A stretch of 64,000 bases of DNA. It comes from Heteronotia binoei. Lineage: Eukaryota. A model generated the notes under the pieces. The model was given only the letters and a program-made list of their open reading frames with translations, did no database searches and was not told where the DNA came from. Both the position numbers and the translations under genes were made by a program. Below are positions 1-12,300 of the stretch, in pieces (position 1 is the stretch's first letter; every line of letters starts with the position of its first letter). The stretch lies in the NCBI RefSeq assembly GCF_032191835.1, contig NC_083228.1:78306001-78370000 (forward strand), given 5' to 3'.

Positions 1-60
1 ACCCAGTGAGCCTCCGTGGCATAAGTGGGGATTCGAACCTGGGTCTCTCAGAACCTAGTC
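1..60 (-). mobile_element. Sauria-type SINE fragment (B-box region)
   Basis: acccagtgagcc...gtggggattcgaacctgggtctc. Confidence 0.55.
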
Positions 61-338
61 TCATTTTTAAACAATACCCTAAACATGAACTTAGCATGTG
101 ACCTTAGGCAAGCTATTGTCTGTCTGTCTCTCTCTCAGCTTTTTGCCCACCACTTGTTGCAAATATGAAGATGATTAATATCGATCCACCTTGCAGAATT
201 GCTGTAAATGCATAAAGGCTTTTGACCACTCAAAATCATTAAACAAGCATTATGGTATTAGTAGAATTATGTCACTCATAATTCAACAGTCCATTACCAG
301 AAAACTCCAATTTCCCAACTTAATACATTCCTAAGTAC

Positions 339-3300
339 CTTTAGTCTCTTCTTCCTCTTCCTCGTCACATATGATAAGGCGTCCATCAGCAGACACCTTG
401 AAGTCATGGCTGACTTTCCCAGCCTTACCAGTGCCTGGCTTGGTAGCTGCATGAAAAATAAAAGAGAATGCAAAACCCTTACATGGAAGTGGAACATCTA
501 GTTTTTCCCTCCCCACACAGTTATGCATGTCTGGTCTTTATCTTGCCATTCAGCTACGGGATGGATAAAGGCCTCCAGCAGTCTGAGTTCACCACTTGGT
601 CCTTACCCAGAACCCTGTGTGCCACATGGGGGTCCAGGAAGTTGAGGGGCTCATCGCCTTCTCCCTCTTTGAGCCAGGCCTGGCCTTTTTGCCGTATCGC
701 TTTCCTGGTCTCTTTACCATCATGCTGTTTGCTGTCATCTTCCAAGTCAGAGTCAGAGTCTGCCAATAAGTCCTCCAAGCTGCAGGTGGGAGGCAATGCA
801 TGTTGCACTTAGTCAAGGGTAAGGGACTCACATCCGTTCTGCTCCCAAAGTACTTCAGAGGTCAGAACTTCCTCCTGCCCTGACCTTGAAAAGGCAATAC
901 TTCTCAGCCTCAATCTATACCACCTCCATACCTGTCTCCCTTGGATCTCACTGGTCTGTCCTCTTCCACAGAACTAGCTGCCCGTTTCAATGCTTGCCGT
1001 TTGCGATTCCTCGCCTCAGCCTTGCGGATATTCAGCAGTACCTTGCGATATGAATCTGGGAGCAAAGCCTGCACAGGCTCAAAACTAGGGAATGAAGATA
1101 AGAGCTCAGTGCTACAGAAGCCAGCCAGACCAGGCACACCCAAAAAAAATTCTTGCAAGACAAGGTCAGCTAAAGTCATGGGACATGGAGAGCTTTTGGC
1201 CTGTGACAAACTATGCTTCTTCTTACTAACATCCAACACTTGACAGGTGAATATGATGGTACAGAAAACTTGCATAAAGTTTAGTATTAACTGCTAAAAG
1301 TAGGCTATGACAAATGAAAGGAGAAATCTCTTCCTGATAATCCATATCTGCAGACAATCACAAAGACTATCTTCCTCCAGGAGAGGGGAGGAGGAAGAGA
1401 CAGGGTGATGGATCAAAGAGGATTCATCCATTTTTTCTTATATCAATCTAATACCAATTTCATCTGTCAAAAAGCAAGCAAACCACAGTTTCTGGCTTTA
1501 TAGACGTTACAGCTCAGTCCTATAATCTCAAAATAATAATCCCCTTTTCCTTTGACACTTGCAAAATTATAACCCCTTGCCCAAAAATTTACTTATTCCT
1601 TACCTAAATGGCCCCCCATACCCTGGGACATAGAAAGGGTCTGTGTAGCTTTGTCCAAAGGAACTGCTATCAATGGGAAAACCTAACATGGGTGGGTCTT
1701 AAAATAGCATCTTAAATTAACTCAGCCACCCAAAAGCTGAATAAGGCATGTGCCCCTTGAAGCAACTCCTCCACCTTTCTCAGGATTTCTTTGGAAAAAG
1801 CAATCATGCCTACCATAAGTGGCATAAAGTGATGTCAAAGTTAGAAACTGTTTAAAATCTTTTGATTTCATGAGCTGCCTGTTCTCAGATTTCCCCCCTA
1901 TCTCTAATCACTGCCAATGAAAGTACCTTGCTAGATTCAGGTGCAATCCCGTAAGTGCCACATACCCACACCCCATGCTTAGTTATTCTATAATGCTACT
2001 GATGGAAAAGAAGAAATACAAGGAAAGTTGAGAAGACCAAGTGCCTAGACAGACTTAGATGGGGGAGGATGAGCTACATTATCCAGGGACATGGCCTCAA
2101 GAACCCCTGTGCTGGCCTTGGGCAGAGTTATTATAGCATAAAAGAATTGGTAGCAGCAAAATACAACTCTCAGGCACAAGTAAAAAACCACAAGACTGTT
2201 TTAAAGGGAGGGGATGGATATGCATTTTCATTTCATATGACGGGAAGGGTCTCTTGCTTTCTGTTGGCCTGTGCAGAAGAAACAGACTCAGTCGCTCCCC
2301 TGAAACCTCTGCATGTGTAAGAACTGGGAGTGGAAGGGAGTCAGCCAGCCACTTTGTAAGCTCAGAAGTGATAAGAATCTGAGTGCCTCCCAGCTCAGCA
2401 TGAAGGAAGTGAATGAGCCTGCCTGTCATCCTCAAAGGAGAGAGGCTGAGAGCGTCCCAGTCCTCTATAATGCCCTCATTCGCACATCTCACCCTGTGGT
2501 GGGAAACACTCCTAAAAGGGTAGAATCGCTACTACCGCTCATGAGTGTTTTCCAGCCTAGAGCAAGGATATCCCCTCTTCCACCAAAGTAGCACAAATGC
2601 TCCCAATAATAAGAGCATCTCTGCTGTCTGCCGCCTTTCAAACCTGTTTAGATTTGATAGATTGGCAGATAGATATTATTATGGTCATTAGGCCATTCAC
2701 AGTTATAATAAAAAATGTTGTATACAAAATACAAGATATGCAAAATAAAAAGTTAAAACAACAATAAAAGTAACAAAATAAAAACATTGTTTATACAAAA
2801 TGTTAGGACTCTGATGTCTGCAGCCTTTCAAATCTGTTTGTCCATCTCAAAAACATGTGTACTCTTATGCAGGGTGGCACAATCCAAGACAAGCTATTCT
2901 AAGCAGAAAGTGCACCAGAGTAAAACAGGGGCAGTGTAGTGTGTGCTTGAAGGGAGTATCATGGAGGGTGGGTCCTTCCCCTTATTTATTTTTAGACTCT
3001 GCCCTAAATCACCATTCAATATTCTGCATTTTACTCATCCTTCCACCAATCCTGGCACTAACCCAAATTTCCGGATCAGCTTGGAGAGAAGGTTTCGCAG
3101 CTTCATGCGGAAGTGCCGTCTCATGTCATCACTCATGCCTCCTATGGCTTCCAGCTGTAAGCGGAAAACTGGCATCAGAACTCTGGGCAGATGGCAATAA
3201 AGTTACCCCTATCCACCAATCACACCAATTAGGAAGCAAGATTCATCAATCTTAGACCTCTCCCTTCCTCCAGGGATGGCTCCCTCTACTTTCTAAGAGC

Positions 3301-6300
3301 AGTAGAAGGGACATGGTGTCTTGTGGGACTGGCATAAGGATAGGGCTGCAGGTCCTACAGGGCAGCAGTTCCAACATGCACACGTCTGTGCTAAGTTCTA
3401 AACAGACTTTTGTGAGGCAGGGCTAGGATCATTCAATGAAAGAACTTTCCCAATTCCTTCATTTTAAAGAAAATTAAAAGACAGGCAAGCTGGAAGTACT
3501 CATTTCCAGCACCCTCCCTTCCCTCAGCCTGACCCAAACATGCCACATCAATCTCACCATTGTCTGCAGGTGCCGTCCCAACAGTGCTACATCCAAGAGC
3601 AACAGTGCCACCTTGAGGAAGCCCAGAGCTGACTTGACGACATCTCGTGTCCGTGAGCCTACCATGAGGCAGATATGTTGCACGAGCTGCTCTAAAGCTG
3701 CTGGACTGATATGTTCTGCAGGGCAACAGATTGGCTTAGGAGAGGTGTGTTCCAATGCTTCAGATCCCCTCCCATCCACAGCTATGCGAGTTCTCTGGAC
3801 TGCTACCTCACATCAGAGAGTTTTCTGTCCTGCAAGACTATCCCAGTGCCTGTAGGAGCCCCCCCCCCACACAAAAAAACCCCCTCAGAGTCCAGGAACT
3901 GAGACTGCATACAGCTACAGGTATCTCCTTGCACAACCTCATGGAAACACCCATTTTTGTACAAACTCGGATCAAAAGCTCCTAACCAATCCCAGTGGGA
4001 AGGCCAATTCCCAGTTTGAGGCCTTTAGCATCATCCGGTCAACCCAAGTTTGCTCACCTTTGAACTCAAAGAGCAGCCGGGCAAGTGCAAGAACAGTGCA
4101 GCTCATCATGGTGACTGAGCCAGTCAAGCCCGCATAGACCAGGAGAAGGTAACGATGCATAGCATCTAAAAGGAATTTAAAAACTGGGTGTAAGAGGATC
4201 CGAATCTTGTCTTGTCCCAGTTAGCTTAAGAGTAAGGCACACACAACCCCATATAGTATGCTAAGAGATTCTTGCAGAAGGTAGACTGAAACTGTACAGA
4301 AATCGCCATGATAAAGAAAGAATTTAAGGCAGAGCAAGCCATTGCCTAAATCCAGGTACCCTGGACACAGAGAGAATAATCACATGAGGAAAGGGGCAGG
4401 AAACTGCCACAGGGCCAATACAGCAGTCTGGAAAGAGCAGCAAACCCTTCCTCTGAAAGCAAGAGGTTGTCAGGAAGTTCTGCTCTCTGTAACATAAGAA
4501 CAGCAAGCAGAGTGCACAAAGCCTTGGTTACAGGCAGAGCTACGTGTATTCTACCTTTCAGCGGCTGTGCTGCTATAGAATGGAATATGCAAAATTTAGC
4601 AGTGTAATAATCTGGAATCCATGAGACAATGCCTGATGAAATCTTAGTAAGTAAAAGAAGAGCCAAGTAGGATTACTAGTGATCAGATGGCTGGTTTAGC
4701 TCACCCCTTCCCATGGTAACAGAATTATGTACAACAGAATGTGTGCAAGTTTGCTTCACTTCTTCAGGTCTCACAACCCAGCAATCTAATGGAAAATTTG
4801 AACTAAACATACCTCAAATCAAGATGCATCCAAGGTTATGAAACCCAGCTGGGAAGGAGGGCAATGGTAATTGCAACTGTAGCACCAGAGGTAGTAAAAC
4901 AGACAAGAGTAGACAGGAGCTAGGAAGGACTTCAGTGAACATGGGGAAAGTAGCGCACACACCCCTCCCAAATTCCAGCATATTAATGCAGCATCCCAGT
5001 ATGGGCAACCAGGACTCACCATCTGCGGTAGGGCCAAACCTCAGGAAGGCATGACCAATCTCTACAAGCAGATTGTAAGCATTCTTGCGGGCACCCACAG
5101 ACACCTCCTTGGTGCAGAGTATCACCTGGAGGAAGCAAAGAGATCATCAGCATCCTTGTACTACTCTGTATTAGGTCTAGGAGTTTCCCCACCACCGATG
5201 GCCTGAAACACCAGGATATGATGGCCATTCTCTTCCCACAAAGCAGAAGATAAGAAATTGCTAGGATCGCAGCTGGAGGAAAATTTAGACTACTACAAGT
5301 TGATTTGGCATGAAAAACAATCTGCCATTAGTAGGACAACAGATACAGAATAAACTGGGAAGGACAGTGGGATGTCTATAGTTGCATTTGCCACAGGCCT
5401 ATCTTTGTAAAAAAAGCTGGAAGAGGTATTGCCATGTGTATTACAGTGAGGTGTGGGTTTCCAGACTATACAAGTGGGGGTCCATTAAACTCACAAGGGC
5501 ATCTCATCTCCTCCTCACAAGTCCAGTCCTACCACCCACCTTGAAGTCCAGCAGTGGCAGCATTTGAGAGCCGCTTTGAGCCAACAATCTTGACCAAGAG
5601 TGACATTGCTCCCTATCTTCAGATAGCTAGCATAGCATAAGCTTTCCTCTTTAATTGTTCTTGCTCCACCTCACCTCTGGCACCAGGGCAGTGACAAAGT
5701 CCTCATGCTCTGCTGTGAGTTGTTTGACAACGTGGAGGAGGCACTTCAGCCGGGGCTGGGAACAAAAGATGACAGAGTGCAAGATTAAAAATGACAGCAC
5801 CCAGAATATAGCCTTCCATCGTTCTGCTATTCTTCTCGCAAGACTACTCTCAGCATCTTTCCCACTTCATCTTCCAAAGCAGTAATGTCTTCTCCTTACC
5901 CTCTTGGCAGGTGAGGCAGCACTGGGCAAGGAGCCCAGCAGAGTACTTTGCAGCTCCTTCAGATAGCTTCGCACAAAGTTCTGACATGCAGGCCGGTCAG
6001 AGGCACACACTTCCTCCAGTACCCGATACGCCTTCTTCTGGATCCCATGGTCTTTGTTCTAGGCATTTGAATCAGACAGATCATCATAGAAACACAATTT
6101 CCATGCATGCACAAACTCCTTTCATCCTTAGCTGCCTGCCCTGTTCAAGTTAGAAAAACACAAAGGGACTCCAAGTCCAACACCAAACAGGACTAGTGTT
6201 CTCTTGAGGTGGGAACTGCTAAGTCTCAATTAGCCATGTATCTGAGATTGATAATATGGTTCTCTCTAGCAGAAATGGCATCACCTGAAAGTGCTAATTC

Positions 6301-9300
6301 CATCTGCAAAACCCATATGATTGGTCCTTTTGCATCACATGGTTGCGTCATTGGAACATTTGTTCTGCGGCCAGGAAGCAAATCATAGATAATTGATTCC
6401 AATGTGGCTGGGAAAATGTCTAAAAACATCACTTAAGTGGCACAGAACCTGGATGAGGATGGGCATCAGACATGAATCAGTGATGACTAGGTATTCAGCA
6501 TGGCCAATGAAAGGGTCTTTCTCAGATCAGATATGGCTAGAACTGTTGACATATCCTACACATAAGTTTTCTCAAGCACCAACACAGCTTCAGAGGGCAG
6601 GAGTGGTCCCAGGAATATATTGATAGGCTCAAACTACTCCTGCAGACCTTTTCCACAGCTGTGTACTTGGATTCTTCTCCTAAATGGAGGGAGATACCCA
6701 TTGCCTTTATATCTAAGGTTTCTCCCCATCCCCAACTCTGGCAATATTAATCTGGCAGTCTCCGCATAGTCAGAGAAGAGAGTAGGCAAGCAACAAGCCT
6801 GAAGTTTGTGACAGGACAGTGATAGGACAGCTCACCTGCAAGGAGGGCTCTATGTTACTATAGAGAGAATGCAGAGATTTCTCATCAACATAGGGAGCCA
6901 TGGCTACAACAAGGTCCAACAGGGAGAGCCTGCAGCAGGGACAGCACTGTTAGCAAAAGTAAATACAGAGCTAAACATCTTTATGACTCTGCTAGTTCTT
7001 GTGACCCTTTCTTACACACCCAAGGAAATCCTGACTGCCAGTTTGGGGTCAGGAAGCAATTTTCTCCAGGACAGTATGGCCAGGGATCCTGAAAGGTTTT
7101 TTTGCCATTCTCTGAGCATGGAGCAGGGGTCACTGGGTGTGTGCTGAAGGGGAGGTAGTTCCTGGATTGTGCAGGATGGGGTTGGACTAGATGACCCTGG
7201 AGGTCCTTGCCAATTCTATGATTCTCTGGAACAGAGCAGAGGGAACTGTGATATTTTTCTAGGAAAACAGGTAGGAAACACTAAGGAAGGCAAGGAGGCA
7301 ACATGACACATGCCATCTCAGAACACTACAAACAGGTGCCATTACAGGTGTTACATATAAAGGGGTCTCAGAAAAGAAGCAAAATATTACAGGAACTCTT
7401 AAGGCTGCTCACTGGTATGAACTATCCCGTCCCACACCTACTGAGGGTAAGGACCAGAAAGGCCACACATATCCAAATACAGGAAGAGCTGGACCCCAAC
7501 TTGGGGCTGGGCTTACTTGGTAAACTCTGAACTATCAGGGCTGGTCAGTTTCTCAGTAGCTTTCTCCAGGAATCCACACACCATCTGCAATAAAAATAAG
7601 GCCCCTTTCCTGACACACAAGATCCACCAACAGACATTGGTCTCCATCCCAGCCCTTTGGCAAGTGGCATCTGTGCCATTTTGCAGAACTCTGCCCACCT
7701 GAGGCTCTGTGACTGTCAAATAGGCTCGGATAGTCTCCAGCACAGAACGCCTTTGCACAGGGCTCTCAGTGGCAGCATCCTGTTGGCTATAAGCATTGAA
7801 CAGGATAGGCAGGAAGTTCTTTGCAAAGCGCCCCACCTCAGCACGTTCAGCATCTACAAGTGGAGGCAGAGAAACACAAGACTGAAAAGCCAGACAGAGA
7901 TGGGTAAGGATAATTCCAGATATTCACCCAGTGCAGGCATGCATCAAGTATGCCAAAAATGTGACTCAGGTTGTTCTCTGTCTGGGATTAAAATGTTAGG
8001 CAGATGGAGCATTGTTCCACTGCAAGAGAAGAAGTCAGCAGCTGATAAAATGGCATTTAGTCAAGACTGTAAGCTGTCATCTATAGGGGGGCATGAGGAA
8101 CACAGAAGGATATTCCTTTACACAGAGCAAGGCAAGGGAATTCAAAGAAAGACTAAATGGTACATGCTATGAACAGGCATGGATCAGCCCGTTCCCTCCT
8201 TTCTCCATTCTTGCTCTCCAGCAGGAAGCAGAACGAATCCAGAAGTGCCACCAGCCACAATGAGTTCATGGTGGACGGCAGCAGTGCAGGCACCTCTCCC
8301 ACAAAAAGACCTCACCTGTCTGGCAACCCTTATTTATTAGCCTGCGAAGAGCTTGGCAAACTATAAGCCGCAGATCAGATCGGTCACTGATGGCCATTCC
8401 CAATGTGCGTGCCAGTCCCTTGAATGAGGATCCTGCATCTGTAGGGTGGGTGCAGAAACTGGGCAGGAGGTTCCAGACCTAAAAAGACAAAGAGGGGCAG
8501 ATTAGCAAAGTTGACCATCACTAGGATGCCCCCCAAACCTCGCCCGCAAAGCCACAAAAGACACAGGATGAAGAGCTGTGGAGGCCCCTCCTCACCTGGC
8601 ACTGCAGAGTATCATAGATCTTGGCTTCTAAGTGCCGTTCTGCCTGGGCAAGGGCTGTGGCTACAGAGAGACAAAGGAAACATTATAGCCACAGATAGTT
8701 AGACAAAAGATGCTACAAGCTATTAACCTGGGAAAAGAACAACGAAAATGCTCTTCTGCTGCACAGAATATACTATAGCAGAGTCAAGTATCTGTGCAGA
8801 CCTGAAACCACCTGCTTCTTGAATTCAAGCCTAAAATGCCTAATGTTCCCATGCTACAATTTGCTAAATTAAATCCTGAGGTGCAATTGGCATTCGGACA
8901 ACAGTAATTAAACTGCAAACATAGCCACAAACTTATTTTATTTACTTCATTTGTAGTCTCCCTTTTTCCTCAATGGAAGAGAACCAAAATGGCACAGACT
9001 GTTCTCCTCTCCTCCATTCTGTCCCCACAAGAATGCTCTGAGGTAGGTTAGGCTGAGCGTGTGTGATTGGCCCAGGGTCACCCAGCAAACTCCCATGGCA
9101 GAACAAGGATTTCTCCCAGATCCCAGTCTGACACTCCACCCTCTGCATCAGGGGTGGCCAAACTGGCTTGGGAGTCACATGTGGCTCTTCCACAAATATT
9201 TTCCCCAATCTGGCATGGCAGATTTGCCAATGGCAGTTTCTCCATGCAATTTGCTTAGTTCTAATGAAACCCTTAGACCCAGAGATTGGGCTTCTCTCGT

Positions 9301-12300
9301 TTGCCCTTGGGGTCTGTGCATTTGTGCTCTGGGTTTAATTCATTCACATATTCAATTACCTCTGTTTTTTAGAGTGGTAGCTAGTGGTAAGAAGTAAGTG
9401 CAGAAGTAGGCAAGTGGTGCATCACGGATGTGGTCACGAAGCACAGGAAGAAGCCAGCTGCGAGGGAAATCTAGTGTCTCCCTGTGGAAAAGGATAGGCG
9501 GCAGAAAGAATAAAGTCACAGCATGTAAACATAAATGGACTCAGGAAGCCTGGCCATCGGATACATTGATCTGGGCACTTTATTATCTAGTGAAATTATC
9601 TAGTGATTTCCGCTTCCAGTCACAAAACCTGAAAGCCACTGGAGGTGTGAAAGCTCCATGTAGTGAACACCCTCAGCATGAAAGTATACGCAACAATTGT
9701 TAGTTTTGGAGTATGAGGCGGGTTGGCACAAATAGATGTAAAAGAGATTAAAAGGGCACTGTTTCCAGATGGTCTGGCAACTCCTCCATACCACACATCA
9801 CCTTGCAATGTGAAGCAGAATCCCCAGCCTACATCACAGAGAGTCACAGTTCTACCATAATCAAACACTCTATAGTGCTGAGCAGTTTTTGCAAGCTGTG
9901 TGGGCAACATCCTCTCCCAGCCAAAGATTCTTCAAACAAGGAAGGATGGCTGGAGGAGATTTCTGACAACCCTGTTCCCACTGGAGAACCAGCCCAGAGG
10001 GAGAGTTGAGTAAAGAAAAGAAAAGCCCTCCATTGCCCGATTATTGAGCACTGCACCAGAAAAGAAGCAAATGGTAAGACAGGCAGACAAGAGCACTGTG
10101 GCAATAGACAACACTGAGAACTCAGAGTGAGGACTGGGGATCTCTCTCAGGATCTTCACCACAGACAGAGCGCATGCATATTCCTCCCATTCTGCAGACG
10201 CTTTATTGGCTGTCCATCTGTTACTGGGTTCAGTTTAAAGTATCAGCTATCACATACAAAGCCCGTCATGGCATTGGCCCCTCTGATTTCTGGGACCACC
10301 TCTCTCCCTATGTTCCACCACCACAACTTCACGCAAGTTGGGGGTTGGACTAGATAACACTGGAAGTCTCTTCCTACTCTATGATTCTATGGTAAGTCAG
10401 CAGAGGCTTCTGCAGATTCCAACCTGCAAATGGGCAAACTTGACAACTGTCTGTATAAGTGCCTTCTCCACTGTGGTTCCTGCCTTGCAGAATGCCCTGT
10501 CTGAGGAGGGCAGGGAGACTCCCACACTCCTGGTTTCCCTCAAAGTATGTGTGAAATGGTACTATTCAAGAGGGCTTTTCTGCACAGGTAACAGGGTCGC
10601 CCTTCACATAATGCTTTTACAAACTTTCTTGGATGAATGAGTAGGAACTGCAATCTATACTGCTGTGTACAGCTTATTGTAAGTAGGATCCTGTTTATGT
10701 AATTTCTGTCTTGCTTAATGTGTCATGTGAATACTTATGCTATGCTTCAGTTCTTTCTGGTGGTTCCAGACTTCTAAAATTCCAATGCGCTTCTTATTGA
10801 ATGTCCCATTTTGTCAACTGTACTGACTCACTGTGTGTAATTTGCCTTGAGTCCCTGTGAGAAAGGACTATAATGTTAAAAAAACAAAATAAATTCATAT
10901 ACTCATTATCTATTTTGTGCCTCATACAGGCATCTATGCATTTTTTGCCTACTATGTTAGTTACCTCAAATTTGTGCTCTTAACCAGGCATGTTCCCCTC
11001 CAGAGAGGAAGGGGCCAAGGGCCACCTAGCATGGAGCATCTTCTGAAATGCAGTCTGACAAGCTGCTTAGTGGCCAAGCGCAACTGCTCAAGCAAGCCTT
11101 CACTCCTCCTTCCCAGTGCCATGCTGTTCCAAGCCTCTCCAATGTGCAAAGATTCTCAAATGGAGCCTCCACTTTTCTCCAGGCTCTGTAGCTCTTCTCA
11201 GCATTTTAGAAGGTGCTTGCCAGATTTCATCAGATCTCAGAAGCTAAGCAGGGTCGACTCTGGCAAGTACTTGGATGGGAGACTTCCGTGGAATACCAGT
11301 AATTGGGAGGATGGGAGCAGGCTTTATTCAGCCACCTCTCTGAATATCCTCCAGCCCCCCGTCAGTGTCCAGACCATGACTTCCTGGTGGAGATACATAC
11401 ACACAAATACAAAAATACCCCCTCAAAAAGGTGCTTGCTAGCCAATGTGTAAACTCTTGCCCTACATGTGCACCAAAATTACTGATTTGTGGTATTTATT
11501 AACTGGCTGTATTCTCCACAAAGTTAATGCAATATAAAAAAGTCAAAACAGAGTAAGAACCATCACTAAAATTCAGTAAAGCAGCAGAATAAAAGGTGTA
11601 AGAAAAACAAAGGAGGTTGAGGGAGAAAGGAAGGACATAAAATGATATCACAACCTTGCCAGAGATCATACTTACTCTGTGCCATCAATATCTAGGGGCA
11701 CAGCCTGCAGCACCACCTCAGGGCCCATGGTAGCCACAGCAGCCCCCACAGCCTGGTCAAGCAACATGGTGTGGGGAAAGTGTGGGGAGCCACGTAGGTC
11801 AGCTAAGGATTGCAGACACTGCAGAAGAAGGAACCAATAAAAGGGGGAGGGGTGAGCCACACAGTGGGAAGTACTTGCTACCAAGATAGACAAAATAACT
11901 TCCTGTGTTTTCTGATCTTCCTGTTTCTAACCTCTTGATCATTTTGATCTTCACACTGTACATATTAGTAATCCTGTACCTTACAAACATTATTCTTTTT
12001 TATTTACACATGTTATATCCCGCCTTTCTGTCCTTACAAAAGCCATGATGGTGGTTAATGATTTAAAACATAAAATTACATTATAAAACCATTAAAATCA
12101 AGCCTCTCAAATATACATTGTTAAAACAATTTTAGAAGTTTTTTTTTTAAAAAAAAAAGATTTAAAATACATACAAAACAAAAACAATGAAAGGAGGGAT
12201 TATTGAGGGAATGCAGTCTTCACCTGCCAGCTGAAGACAACAACAGAAGGGGACAGACAGATGGCCTTAGGCTGGGTCTCCCAAAGCTCTGGTGTCATGA

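Noticed and set aside
7657-8172. 171-aa plus-strand ORF
   Set aside because: Antisense shadow over RRP12 exon 18 and intron sequence, with no protein resemblance.
9600-10180. Several 60-100 aa ORFs in RRP12 intron 14
   Set aside because: No recognisable motifs and no consistent splice signals. I also found no convincing C/D or H/ACA snoRNA here or in the other introns.
11221-11300. Possible 5S rRNA genes here and at about 12712-12800
   Set aside because: Truncated, diverged, lacking the T-run terminator and continuing into a shared SINE body, so they are not functional rRNA genes.
10917-11441. 174-aa plus-strand ORF
   Set aside because: Runs through intron sequence and the 5S-derived SINE, with no coding hallmarks.
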